Shown piece by piece: positions 27,718-41,501 of a stretch of DNA of 64,000 nt. Location: the NCBI GenBank assembly GCA_964016885.1, contig OZ024743.1:83390001-83454000 (forward strand), written 5' to 3'. The notes beneath the pieces are model-generated. The model saw nothing but the letters and a program-made list of their open reading frames with translations, did no database searches and was not told where the DNA came from. The first letter of the stretch is position 1. Each line of letters opens with the position of its first letter. The position numbers and the translations under genes are program-made. The DNA comes from Eledone cirrhosa. Its lineage: Eukaryota.

Positions 27718-29355
27718 TAATAATACTTTCTTTATTAACCACAAGGGTTTACATAAAGTAGACATTAAGGACAGTACAGGACAATACAGGACGGTACAAA
27801 TGGGCATTTCTGAGTGTAAAAAACAAAAACAGAGGATGTAATAAAAAAAAAACAATGAAAAATTCCCCAATAGGGGGGAGACTTCGGAGGGACATTCGTG
27901 GAGAAAGCCCATTAAAAGGCCACAGTGACCCTGAAATGGAGTGGAGGAAGGATGGTTTGTCCATCCTTTTCACTGTTTGTGGCCTCCTCCGGAAGGATGT
28001 CCTTATAAATCCTCCTGGAGAGTGCTTGTCGGAAGTCTCCGATGTCGTTGGGGAATTTTTGTTTTAGTGTCATGTACGTTTTCTGTGTGATGCGAGTGAT
28101 TTGTATGTGTGGAGGTGGTGTGAACTTTTGGGTTGTTATGTAGTCTTTTTCTGTGATGCTGGTGTTGTGTTGGATGTAGTGTAATAATTGATTGTTGTTC
28201 AAATTTAATGCTGTGTAGTGTGTATCGTTTTGGTTGTTTTGTTTTGTTTGCTTTTGTTGTGGGTTTGTTTCTGTTTCGCTTTTTGGTGACTTTTGTGGTG
28301 TTGGTGATGGTGATGTTGGGGTTAATGATGGTGATGGTGTTGGTGTTTGTGGTGATGGGGTTGGTGATGCTGGTGTGGATGGTGGCATATCTGTCCTAAC
28401 TTTTTTGTTTGATAGTTTATTTGTTTCCCTCTGATTTTGTTTTTGGAGGGGGAGGAAAGAGAATTTTTTGTTTTTTGGTTTCTTTTTTTCTTTTTTCCTG
28501 ATACCGTTTCCCACTCCTCGTCGTCACAATCTGTCTCCAGTTGTGACAGGCCGGGGAGTGGAAAATCCTCCACAGGCGTTGGTTTTGGTTGTGGCGTGGT
28601 GGATGGTGTAGGCGCTGGTGCTAGTTCTGGCGCGTTGGGTGGTGGTGGTGTTGGTTGTGCTACTGTTGCTAGGGTTGTTGCTGTTACAGTTGCTTCTGTT
28701 GCTGCTACAGTTGTTGCTGCCATCTCTGCTGCTGGTGGTGTTGATGGTTGAGTCACTGGGGTGGGTAAGAGAGGTGGCCTCAACCTTTTAGCCTGAGGGC
28801 AGAAAGCTCTTAGGTGGGTTCCTTCACCACAAACGACACACCTAGGCCTTCTGCTCTCGACGATTACGGTGAGGTGGCTGCCGTCAGTGAGGTCTATTAC
28901 CTCTGGGATCTCCTCAATGCTTTTTTGGTCCGCTTGGATCAGGAGCTCCATCCCAGATCCGGGGAAGTTCTCCTGCTTTTCTTTCGCTATTTCGATTATC
29001 TTGGTGTTGGCTTCGATGCCGGCGAGGACGGCAGCTATTAGCCAGGGAATTTCGATGGCCGGTGGAACGTGGGTCACCCTGATCTTCACGAGTCTCTGGC
29101 CACAATAACTTGGGACGAGTGTGAAGTCGTCACTTCTTAATGGGGCAATGGAGTGTTCTCTGGCCTCCTGTGGTGTTTCAAAGAACACGTCCACGGTTCC
29201 ATATTTCTGCCCACGTCTGATGTGGGGATTTTTTGCCCACACATGTCCCAAAGCTTTTTGGATTTGGGACTCGGATGCCCGTTCCACTCGGCGCGATTTT
29301 ATGTTGATCGTCCGATAAGACACGGTGCATAGGTGCCGATGCTCCATTTTATTAG

Positions 29356-29386
<31 letters not shown>

Positions 29387-30082
29387 GGGGGGGGGGGGGG
29401 CTGACTCTGTACTAATCTTTCTTTACCATTTTTTGGGCTTCTTCTAATTCCTCCTGAGTTACCTGGAATGCTTCGCACTGTTTTGCTACTCTGGCAAAAC
29501 TCAGGGTGGTTTTCTTAATTTCATTGTTGCTGTTGTTGTTATTGTTAATTTTAGTTTCAGTTGTGGTGGCGTCAGTGGTGTTCCGTGTGGAAGAGTTCAT
29601 TTTGGTTGAATTAATTTCGATATCACGAGTTAATTTATTTTTTTCTTTTGTTTCTGTTGTCGCTGTGGTGGTGGTGGTGATGGTGGGGGGGGGGGGGCTT
29701 TAACACCTGCAGTCATTGGTAATGGCAGAAAATGAATGTCTGCCTGAGACAAATTTAAAATATTGCTACTGCTTATATTTTAGTGTTGGCAAACGTAGTA
29801 ATATTTACAATGGTGGTGTCGGTGTGAGGTGTTAGTTTGTGAGGAAGGTGTGAGTGTGAGTCATCCATGTTTTTTTTCAAATAAACTTTTGTTTGATAAT
29901 TATAAAAGTTTAAATTTTGGGCTCAAGGCCCCAATCTTTTTGAGTGTCCTTTTCAGAAAACAATGTATGTGCACTTATATACAGTTAACAATAAAAATTT
30001 TCCATAAATGGCAAATTTAAACAACTGAAAACAACAGACCTTTGCGGAGCTCACGATGATACGATTTACTACGTAGGTCGCC

Positions 30083-30083
<1 letters not shown>
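27718..30083 (-). mobile_element. L1/Tx1-like non-LTR element retaining ORF1 and the 3' end but lacking most of ORF2
   Basis: ORF 28322-29347 has a CX2CX4HX4C knuckle (CVVCGEGTHLRAFC), Pro/Thr-rich region and basic patch; 3' end has aataaa then (TTA); 5' end abuts (TTA)n at 30083-30140. Confidence 0.7.
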
Positions 30084-30140
<57 letters not shown>

Positions 30141-30149
30141 GACTATAAA

Positions 30150-30450
30150 TAATTATTAATTAATGCAATCGTGCAATGCCTGTGCGTGACGAATATTTTT
30201 AAAGTGAGGAAAGACTGTGCACTGAGCCAATCTCACTCTCTGAGCGACAATAGCTATAACCCGAAAAGAAGAAAAGATCAACATCATCGGTAACTACTGA
30301 GCCGCAGGTTTTATGTTGGAGTTAACCCAGTTTCCTGAGTTGCCTTCTCCTAGAAGAATGCCCTGACAAGGGCTAGGGGTTCTTCACTCCCAATGGTTTA
30401 ACCGCGCGATCGGGTATCCAGCCCGATTATTTCTATGTCCCCGCGCATAA
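30150..30450 (-). mobile_element. RTE-type 5' leader fragment
   Basis: rc ccctagcccttgtcagggcattcttctaggagaaggcaactc...gatgatgttgatcttttcttcttttcgg is similar to 5548-5735. Confidence 0.6.
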
Positions 30451-30787
30451 AAAAAATTCACTTATTGTCACTTATACGTACGACATACACACACGCGCAC
30501 ACACACACATACATACGCGCGCACACAACAGCAATCATACTTACAAACAAACACACACACGCTACTCACTTACACACACACATATATATTACCGTCATTA
30601 CTGATACAAGATTACAAGATTATGTCAACTGTTGACTTTCAAGAGTTCGTATAGTTGAAACCGTTCGTGTTACCGTTCAGTATTATTAAAATTGCTTTAC
30701 AGCATAGAGATATGGCCCTCCACGCTCCGAGCTCAAATCCCACCAAGGTCAGCCTTGGCTTTCATCCCCACGGAGTCAACAAAAGAT

Positions 30788-32620
30788 GGAAAGTGTAACA
30801 ACAATGGTATGCTCCTGCTGCAGATGTGTGAGGAGCTGAATCTGTGTGTTACCAACACCATGTTCCAACAAAAGAACAAATTCAAGACCACATGGATGCA
30901 TCCTGCATCTAAGAAATGGCATCTTTTGGACTACGTCCTAGTCAGGATGCGTGACAGACAGGATGTGCAGTGTGTTCGTGCTCTTCGTGGAGCTGCGTGC
31001 TGGACGGACCACCGCCTGGTACGCGCAAAAGTGAAACTAATCACTAAACGTAAAATCCGGGCTCCTGGTGTTGCCCTGCCCAGAAGATTAAATGCTGCTC
31101 GTCTTAAGGATAAAAATGTGAAGAGGACATTGCAAGAAGAGATGCAGGTTGCAGATCTTGGTGAGGATTGGCCGACCTTTAAAAAGTCGGTTTATGATGT
31201 AGGCAGGCATGTTCTGGGATTGGTGCAGAGAAAACATCAAGACTGGTTTAATGAGAATGATGTACATATAGAGGACTTGTTGGCTGACAAGGGGCGTGCT
31301 CTGTCACGCTACTTGACGGCAAAACCACAGGAGAAGAATATGTTGCATAAGGAACTCAAGGATGTGAAATCACGTGTTAGGCGGAGTCTTTCTCAGATGA
31401 AGGATCAGTGGTGGAGTGAGAAGGCTGATGAGATACAAACTGCGTCAGATTCCACTAACACAAAGCTGTTGTACAGTCTCTTGCGTGAAGTTTATGGACC
31501 GTCTTCTTCTCTGGTGACACCGCTTCGTAGCAAGGATGGTAAAGAACTTCTTCGTGACTCACAAGGAATTCTACGAAGGTGGCGAGAGTACTTTGATGAT
31601 CTTTTGAATCAGCCGTCTGTCGTCAATGAAGATTTCCTCAATCTCATTCCCGAAAGTCCTGTGAAAGCAGCACTCGCAGAACCTCCGATGCTTGTGGAGG
31701 TTGCAGTGGCTATCTCGAAGCTGAACAGTGGAAGGTCTCCAGGTATGGATGTGATACATGCTGAGCTCCTACAATATGGTGGTGAGAGACTCCTGCAACA
31801 TCTTCACTCTTTGTTTGGCAGGATATGGGTTAATGAATCCGTACCTGATCATTGGAGAGATGCAGTAATGGTGGTCTTGTACAAGGGAAAGGGTAACATG
31901 AATGATTGTGGGAACTACAGAGGTATATCATTGCTTTCTGTTGTAGGGAAAGTTTTATGTAGGGTGCTTCTGGACCGTCTGCTGACACACATTGCAGATT
32001 GTGTTCTCTCTGAAAGTCAATCTGGTTTTCGTGTTGGACGCGGCACTACTGATATGATCTTCTCAGCTAGACAGCTCCAGGAGAAGTGCATGGAACAAGG
32101 TTTGGATCTGTATCAGGATTTTGTCGATCTGACAAAAGCTTTCGATACTGTTAACAGAAATTATGGAAGGTTCTCCAGAAACTTGGTTGCCCTGATAAGT
32201 TCCTTGCTTTAGTTAGGTCTTTCCATGACGACATGAAGGCTTGGGTTAATGTCGGAGGTAACATGTCGGAGCCTATCTCAGTAAAACATGGAGTGAAACA
32301 GAGGGATATTCCAGCACCGACCCTGTTTGCCATATACTTTGCAATGGTTTTCTGTATTGCATTCAGGAATTGCGAGCATGGTGTTTACATCCGATATCGA
32401 ACCTCAGGCAGCATATTTAACATCAGGCGCTTTGCTGCAAAGACAAAAGTATTTACATCAATCATAAGAGACCTCTTGTATGCAGATGATTGCGATCTTG
32501 TAGTGCACACAGAGAGTGATATGCAGCACATTTTGAATGCATTTTCTGATGCTTGCACTGCCCTAGGATTGACTGTCAGTCTCAAAAAAACCGTTGTCAT
32601 GTACCAACTTGCCCCTGCAC
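30788..32620 (+). pseudogene. RTE LINE: endonuclease C-terminal half plus reverse transcriptase, frameshifted and 3'-truncated
   Basis: TNTMF, TWMHP..WHLLDY, TDHRLV, NYRGISLLS, ESQSGFR, FVDLTKAFD, GVKQ, LYADD. Confidence 0.95.
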
Positions 32621-32970
32621 GTGGTGTTATAAGTATGGTCGCTTCCCATCATAACCAGAGTGTAATATAAAAAATAAGTAGGAACAAAGTGTCAGTGTAT
32701 CATCATTAAGTTTATTAAGATCGAACCTTGAGCTGATCAATTGTGAAACTTGCGTCACACATGAATAAACATAACGAGGATACTCTGACACCTCGTTCCT
32801 ACTTATTTTTAATTATATATATACATATGTGTGTGTGTGTGTGCATGTGTGTGGGTGTGTGTACGTGTGTGTGTGTGTCTGCGTGTGTCTGTTTATATAT
32901 GTGCGTATGTCTGTGTATATGTGCGGCTATGTATGTGTGTATCTGAGTGTATTTTCCGGTGTATATGTGC

Positions 32971-33021
<51 letters not shown>

Positions 33022-33022
33022 C

Positions 33023-33136
<114 letters not shown>

Positions 33137-33730
33137 ATGTTTGTGCACGTTTTTTCAATTTAGTAAATTGGTCTACTTGACAAAATCCTGTTGGCAGTTC
33201 CGGTATTCATCAAAGCCGCCATGACCGGAAGTTTCAACAATGCATAATCAATATAAAAGATATTTGCCCTTTCAAACAAGTATTTATTGTTATATGGAAA
33301 ATATAGCCTTAGTCTGTCGGGAAATTTGTGGACAAATATAATATAAGATACAGTTTAAATGTTCTTCGCTTCATAAGCTATTCCAAATGGCTAAAATACA
33401 CGAAACGGTATCATTAAAACAAACTAAGATAAAACACAATACGAAGAATTAATATTAAAATCTACAAAATGGTTGATATGGAAGATTATCGGAGCCATTT
33501 TGAAAAAACAATGTCCACAATAAATCATGTCCCAAGCAAAGATGACAGTTGAGACTGTATAACAACATTAGTGTCACGCATCACCCTTTGACATTTATTA
33601 GTCGAGCAGAGTTTAACGTCAGATAACACCAGGTTGCTGGTGCTGTTGCTGTTGTAGTTGTTGTAGAGCTAGGTCAGTTTTGATGAAGCTGACCTATCAT
33701 TAGAAGACAGCCAGCCATGACTAACCCATC

Positions 33731-33791
<61 letters not shown>

Positions 33792-33935
33792 ACACATACA
33801 CACAAACACACACTCTCTCTCTCACACACACATGTATATATTGAAACAAAGCGAGGTTTCACGTTAAGGTCTGTATTGATTATACATAATTACGACGGTT
33901 TCACAAATGTACATACATACACACATACATACATA

Positions 33936-34303
33936 TGTTAGTAACTGCCTCAATACAAATCTTGAGAAGCTAGGCTTCACAGGAACAGAAATAACACAAC
34001 TAGTTAGGAAATTACAAGTACAATCCATTAATGGAACAGTAAAAATATGTAAAACATTCCAAAAATGTTGCATCTAATAACTGCATATACACATGTACAG
34101 ATACTAAGCATATACACATGCACACATATAACTCTAAACATACACATCCACACATATAATAACATCCATATCTACACATGCATGCATACATAATCTACCT
34201 AGTTGATGTTGTGTAAATTCCAATGAGAGAGTCCTGTGTCTATGTTAGAAACCGACTCTCTCTCTATTGGGAAAAACATTGTAAAATTATAAAACCAGAA
34301 GAA
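33936..34303 (+). mobile_element. Dong/R4 family B 3' end
   Basis: Matches 20325-20660. Confidence 0.85.
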
Positions 34304-34350
34304 CAATACATACATACATACATAAATACATACATACATAAATATATACA

Positions 34351-37300
34351 TTCATGGAACTCCAAACACCCAGAATTAGACTTTTCTCCAGGGCATTTAA
34401 ATGAACAGGCAAAACGTATCATTAGATGTAAATTGATACATCTAACGGAATTGCGTGATACTACAAATACAGCCCTTGTAGACAACCATCCCACCTCCAC
34501 TGACAGACAAAGAGAATGGCCAGCTAAATCTAACAGTGAACAGCTCACCAACAATTTTGCTGAAATCCATCCCACTTCCACTGAAGAACAGCGAGAAAGG
34601 TCAGCTAACTCTAGTAGTAATTGTCACCACATCAACAACGAGGCTGAAATTCATGACTCTACGGAACAAACAGAACACCAAAAACTTGTGGACATCTTAC
34701 CAGTGATATGGAACGATATGTTTCAAGAGATACACAGCCTTAATGTGAGTGACAGACCATACAACACCAGAATCAGTAAAGAACCCACTAAATTGGAATT
34801 GGAAGCGGTGAACGAAATAGCTGGCAATTTTCTGAAGGCTATACGATCTAAAGGTGTAGAAACGACATTTGAAACGCTTAATATTTTGTTATATGTTTCA
34901 GCTGTCATATTGCTATCATATAACACACATCTAAAACCACGCAATCAAGATACAAACAGAAAGCCTGAACCAGCGTGGATGCGAAATTTAAAAAGCAAAA
35001 TTTTGTCCCTGAGACGAAGTATCTCACACATCGCAGTCGTTATGAAATGCAACATAGAGAGCAACTTCACACGACACCAGGAAGACCTAACAAAAAAGTT
35101 AGAGAGACGATTTCGAGATACAAAATTTAAAACTTTGAACTCAAATTACACCAGTTGAAACAACAACTCATAGTTACAACAGAAAGACTAAAATATAAGT
35201 CAACAGCACATAAACGACAAGTGCTAAATAGATTGTTTGCCAGAGATCCTAAATCAGTTTATCGCAGCTTCGGTGGCAAAGGCTCAATCCCTGTAAATGA
35301 CACCCCTTCAAAAGAACAGGTTGAGAGCTACTGGAGATCTGTATGGGAAACGGATGACGGATTCAACAGACAAACTAATTGGCTAAAAGAACTGGAAAAG
35401 GACTAGTGCCAACATGTCCAGACAAAACAATATGACATAGATGGGTCAATACTGGAAACAGCTTTACAGAAAATGTCGAATAGGAAATCGCCAGGCCCAG
35501 ACCTCATTACAGGATACCGGTTGAAGAATTTCACTTTCTATCGGCAAGATCTCATACGGCTGTTTACAGAAACCATTAAAGGCACACAAGAACTGCCCAG
35601 ATGGTTATCAACTGCCACTACTCTCCTCATTCCCCAAAATAGCCAAATCACCCTTGCTAAAAATTACCGCCCCATTGCCTGCCAAAACATCATGTATAAA
35701 TTATATACTGGGTGCCTTAACCTGTTCTTACAGGATCACTGTGCTACCAACAACATCATAACACCTGAGCAAGCTGGTGGAAAGAGGGAGATGTGGGGTT
35801 GCATAGATCACCTACTAACTAACAAAATGATTCAGGAAAAAACAACAAAGAATCGCAGAAACATGACTGTCGTGTGGCTGGACTATCAAAAAGCATTTGA
35901 TAGTGTACCTCATGGGTGGATTATTAAGGCTTTACAGTTAGCCAAAGTCCCACAACCATTGGTAGCTGCTGTTGAACGCCTGACCAAGAACTGGTACACC
36001 AATTTGATCCTTAGAGGTGAGAAGGAGCAAGTTAAGACTGATAAGATACATTACCAGAAGGGCATCTTTCAAGGTGATAGGTTGTCAGTGCTACTCTTCG
36101 TTCTCTCACTGAATCCACTATCTTACCTACTCAGGAAACAAGTGGGTCCAGAAGTATCTCCCATCTTTTCTTTGTTGATGACCTGAAGTTGTATGGGCCA
36201 AATATCAATGACATCAAGAAACAATTGGACCTCATTACACAATTTTCAACCGACATCAACATGAAATTTGGTGAGTCTAAGTGTGCATATTTGGCAGTAA
36301 AACGTGGAAGAGCTGTGCCCTCCTCTAGAAATCTAGAGATGAACGCCCTGACAATACAACCTCTACAGTCAGGTGACAACTACAGATATCTTGGACAGGA
36401 TGAGAATTTCAGATATGATGGACCCATAAATAAGGAGAGAACCAGAACTGAATACCTCAGAAGAGTAAAGAAAATATGGTCATCAGAACTGTCAGCGTAC
36501 AACAAATACATTGTCCACAATACTTATGCTGTGCCAATTCTAACGCCAACATTTGGCCTGCTGAACTGGTCATTGCAAGAACTAAGTGAGATGGATGTTA
36601 GAACTCGCAAACTTCTAAGTTTTACTGGGAACTTTAACATCAATGATGATGTGGATAGGCTATACTTCTCATGCAAGGAAGGTGGCCGGGGTCTAAAATC
36701 CATATTAACAACATATGAGACCCGGATAGTAACACTGAAGCAACACCTTCAACAGAGGAAAAAGGTTGGCAACCATCTTGCCCAGGTTTATGAGCATGAA
36801 AAAAAAAATATCATTAGAATAGCGACTGATCTGGAGGAGAGATATGGAATAAAACCTGATATAAATCTCTCAGATAAAAAAATTGACCAATTTACAGAAA
36901 AAGTTGTGCATGGATACTTGAGACGTAAAACACAGACCATAGAGGGGATAAACCATTCAAAAAGCCTGGCATGGAGTTCCGACAAGTTTATGACATCACA
37001 CCTTGAAGGATATCTCTATGCAATACAGGAACAAGAACTCCCTACCAAATATCTGCTGCACAAAAGAGGAGGGCCAGCAGCTGACAATAAATGTAGGCTA
37101 TGTAAAACAAAGATCGAGGATGTAAGCCACATTGTTGCCAGCTGCGAAAGAATGTCATCTCACTACTACCTCCCCATGAGACACGATGGGATAGCTAGAA
37201 CCATCTGGAACGCACTTCGGAAAACAAAATTAACAACAAACGAGGAAGAATATATTGAGACAGATGGCACTAAGGAATACTGGTGGAACCTGAAAATAAA

Positions 37301-37746
37301 AACTGCCACCAAATTAAAGCACAACCGGCCTGATATTGTTGTTTGGGACCACACATTGAAAACGTGTTCTGTTGTGGCGATCAGCTGCCCACTTGATGTA
37401 AACGTTGTCAGAAAAATACAGGAGAAGGAGGACATCTACGGACCATTGATGAGGAGTTTATAAATCCAGTATCCAAGATACACCTTTAGCTTCATACCCA
37501 TCATTATTGGAGCTACGGGTTATATACCAACCCGCTTGGACCAAAGTATGACCGAACTTGGATTTGCGGACAAAAAGCGCAGTTCCCTAATTCATAGTCT
37601 ACAAATGGCTGCGATAGCTGGCACCTTCAAAATTTGCAAAACATTCTTGCGATTCAAGGGATGACAATTTCTTTTCTTTTACAACCTTGCCACCAGGAAG
37701 GTGGCCGGTCCAAAAAAATATACTCGAAATTAAGAGAAAGAGATAA
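34351..37746 (+). mobile_element. Near full-length Dong/R4-type non-LTR retrotransposon family A (RT plus restriction-like endonuclease), disrupted
   Basis: ORF pieces 34223-37463 carry KSPGPD, NYRPIAC, WLDYQKAFDSVPH, GIFQGD, CRLC/RHD/PDI endonuclease motifs; broken by frameshifts and TAG/TAA stops; (CATA)n at both ends. Confidence 0.95.
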
Positions 37747-37977
37747 CATACATACATAAATACATACAGGCAGACATACATACATACATACAGACAGACA
37801 TACATATTAAAATATTAATTAATACTTAAAGTAATTAATCATATTGTCTGACAAAAGTATAGGTTAATCAAAGTGCTACAAATAGTCACTATTAGAACCT
37901 AAATTCAGCTTCACCAATATAATCTTTCATACCCACCACCATTTTGTAGACAAAATCTTACAGATTTATTTTTGGCA

Positions 37978-38049
<72 letters not shown>

Positions 38050-38488
38050 TCTCTCTCTTTATATATATGTATATATATATAGGAAAAGGTTCAGGACCCC
38101 GACGGCAGAGCTCAAGCCGTTTCGACGGAATTTAAACTTCGCTATAATAACCACAAGAATTCTTTCACAGATCCAAGCAAAAAATCTTCAACAGCACTAT
38201 CAGGCGTACTCTGGCAACTTAGGCAAGATAACGTTAGATATTCGACGGCTTGGAATATAGTCTCAAGAGGGATTCCTTTTAATTCATCCTCTGAGACATG
38301 TGACCTCTGCGCGGAGGAGATATTCTTTATACTAAAATCTAAAAATTCCCTTAATCTACGGACAAATTTATTCAGTTGCTGCAAACATAGATTGAACTCA
38401 ACTTTTAAATATAAATTTAAATTTAAAATGTAGTATATTTAGTTTGATTTGTAATTATTTGGGAAACTAGCCGATAAATCTTTCGATT

Positions 38489-38519
<31 letters not shown>

Positions 38520-38912
38520 ACATTCTTCATGAAAAATTAAACTACCCTAAAAGTTGATGCTCCAAATATATCGAATAAACGTTACACTAGATAAACTTCT
38601 TTATTAAATATAAGAACATATGTAGACCAAATGGGCATCCTAAACTTTTGAAATGATTTCTGCTAGACGCGATTTGGTAAATAATTTTTAGCTTTATCTG
38701 TTTTCGACTCTGATGCTTATAATGAACTTGGTAATATATTGTCAATTAATTTTGAAGGGCTGATCTTTGTGGTCGATTTGCGTGGCATATTATGTTTTTA
38801 TTTTTATTATTTTAATATTTTTTAATAATATTTTTTAATAATATTTTTTAATATTTTTAATATTTTCATTTTTAATATGTAATATTTTTTAGTTTTCTAT
38901 TTTATTTATTTG

Positions 38913-38945
<33 letters not shown>

Positions 38946-39640
38946 TTTTGTTTTTGTTTCTGATATTTTTATTAATATATTGAAATCTGTTCTCTATTTC
39001 TGCTTGATAGATAATCATGTAGAGTAAAGACAAGAATAGTATTGTTAAAATTAATATAGACTCTATATATATGTGTATATATACACATATATGTATACTT
39101 AAATTTTTATAGCACAATGAGAATGTTCTCCGTGTGAAATAGGGGTTTGCAAAGTTGATCACGTAAATTCACATCGATGTTTGTAGTTATCATATAAACA
39201 TATGAATTTTTAAAACTAGACATAAGATCATTACTTTTCACACATTATAGATACGTGTCTCATTCAGGAATACTGATATTTACATTATAGTGCCTGGTTT
39301 TTATACGAACTAATATTTTTAAATTCTGCCTCGCCTATGTCTGGTTACTTTTCATTTTTCTCTCTATATAACGGCTGTTTTCTTTCCTAACCACATATAT
39401 CTCCCTTACATTAATACTAGAGCTAAATAAATAAATAAATAAATAAATGTATCATTGATACGTCGTTCAACTACCTACTTTTCTCTATATATATCTATCT
39501 CTATCTATTTCCTCTCTCTATATATCTCTCTCTGTTTCTTTACATGAAGTTCTTCTCTTTATCTATCTTTCCATCTCTCTATTTTGTTGCATGCATTTCT
39601 TCTTTTTCTTCTTTTTCTTCGTTTTCTCTCTTTCTTTCCT

Positions 39641-39679
<39 letters not shown>

Positions 39680-39774
39680 GTTTACAATTTTTCACTGCCA
39701 AATCAACTTTTTCAAATACAAGTCGATGTTGAACGGTATGTCAAATCTATTTATCTATAAAACTGTCTATATTG

Positions 39775-39840
39775 TATTTTGTCTGAAGAAGGCATAACAT
39801 ATTGTTAATATGATATCCCTGAAATATATATAGTGAAATA
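39775..39840 (+). ncRNA. Type I hammerhead ribozyme (family A variant)
   Basis: uauuuugu CUGAAGA aggcauaac...gauaucccu GAAA uauaua UA gugaaaua, followed by the family A tail and (TA)n. Confidence 0.7.
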
Positions 39841-39880
39841 AATATGGTTTTATAAATATAGTTTCCATTTATTTAATATC

Positions 39881-39940
<60 letters not shown>

Positions 39941-40002
39941 AAGATGGGCGTTAAACGATGATGATGATGATGATATATATATATACATATATATATATAT
40001 AT

Positions 40003-40601
40003 GGTGGTGGCTGCCAACTCGTTTTAGAGTACGGCCACTACTTTATATCCATGTAGAAGAACCCCTACCGATGCGCTGAACGAGTGTGGCTTTTTAGTCC
40101 AACCAGCGACTTGAAAACTTTGGTACAAACACTACACTTGTGACAATTATTGACACATAGTGCTGGGCCCATGGTACCATGTAGCGACAAGTGCAGAGAG
40201 ATCTCCAGATATAAAGCAATGCCTGTGCCGTGAAGCTTTTATAGTGAGCAAAGGCACTACACAAAGCCAGTCCCACTCTCTTAACCAAGATGATATTTAC
40301 CAAAAAGAATAACAAGTCAACATCAATGGATACCATCAGGGTTGCAGGTGTTATATCAGAGTTTTCCTTCTCCTAGAATTCTGCCTTGACAAAGGCTAAG
40401 GGGTCATCTCTCCCGGTGATTTTGGATGGCCATTGACTCTTAAGAGCTCCTGTGCCCTTTGACAGGTTTTGTTTTTAGTCCTGCAGGATGTCCAAAGTCA
40501 CCCTCCTCACCAAGAAACCTTGGTGGGGTTGCCAGTTTAGTCGCCAACGACCCGACCATGAGACAGGTTGTACTGGGATACATGTTACCAGTAGCACCAA
40601 C
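40003..40601 (-). mobile_element. Bipartite RTE-derived element
   Basis: Reverse complement of 5348-5945. Confidence 0.9.
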
Positions 40602-40620
40602 TATATATATATACACCAAC

Positions 40621-40717
<97 letters not shown>

Positions 40718-40902
40718 CAACCTGCGCACTTCGTTGAGTGCTCCAATCTGCATACTGAGGTGTTGGTATACAACCAACATATACTCAAAATTTATATATA
40801 TATATATAGGAAAAAGTGTTTCCTATTACCCACTCTACTACCCTAAGTATTGAGTACTCTGGTGCGTTATGGTCCATCTCGTTCCTTACCACACCTACTT
40901 CG

Positions 40903-40941
<39 letters not shown>

Positions 40942-40946
<5 letters not shown>

Positions 40947-41422
40947 AAATTTCGCTCTACATGGCTGAATACAATAAATGTAATCTTTTTTATTTGAATT
41001 TGGCAAAGCCGGCGAATTATCGCTCGTATACAGGAAACTGACTGGCCAGTCCGCTGATATGCAAATCTGGCTGATCAGTGGATCTGCTAATATGCAGATC
41101 TGACTGATCAGCCAGTCTGCTAATATGCAAATCAGGCCGATCAGTCACTGTATATTTTTGAAAATAACATATATTTTCACTAGCTCTGACAGTTTGGCAG
41201 GTGAACAGTGAGCTGTACTGATGAAGGGTGATACCCAGAAACGTTAGTGTCTGCAGTTCTGTTCGCATGTCAACATAAGAGCAAGAATGAAGTGTTCATT
41301 CTACTGACATGGCTATAAAATTGAGGCTTGTTTGCATAATAGCAAATAAATCGAATGTTATTATTAATATTCGAAAAACTCAGATTACATTTACTGTACT
41401 CAGCCATATAGAGCGAAATTTT

Positions 41423-41427
<5 letters not shown>
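40942..41427 (+). mobile_element. ~485-bp element with ~43-bp terminal inverted repeats, internal 30-bp tandem repeats and a hammerhead
   Basis: aagaaaatttcgctcta.atggctga.taca.taaatgtaatct mirrored at 41384-41426; (TA)n on both sides. Confidence 0.75.
41210..41259 (+). ncRNA. Type I hammerhead ribozyme
   Basis: gagcugua CUGAUGA a-gggu-gau-accc-a GAAA cg-uuag-ug UC ugcaguuc; 8-bp helix I; predicted GUC cleavage after 41251. Confidence 0.85.

Positions 41428-41500
<73 letters not shown>

Positions 41501-41501
<1 letters not shown>

Noticed and set aside
34351-37746. Selenocysteine or programmed read-through in the Dong ORF
   Set aside because: Disruptions are frameshifts and TAG/TAA stops, and some are absent in the second copy; ordinary decay.
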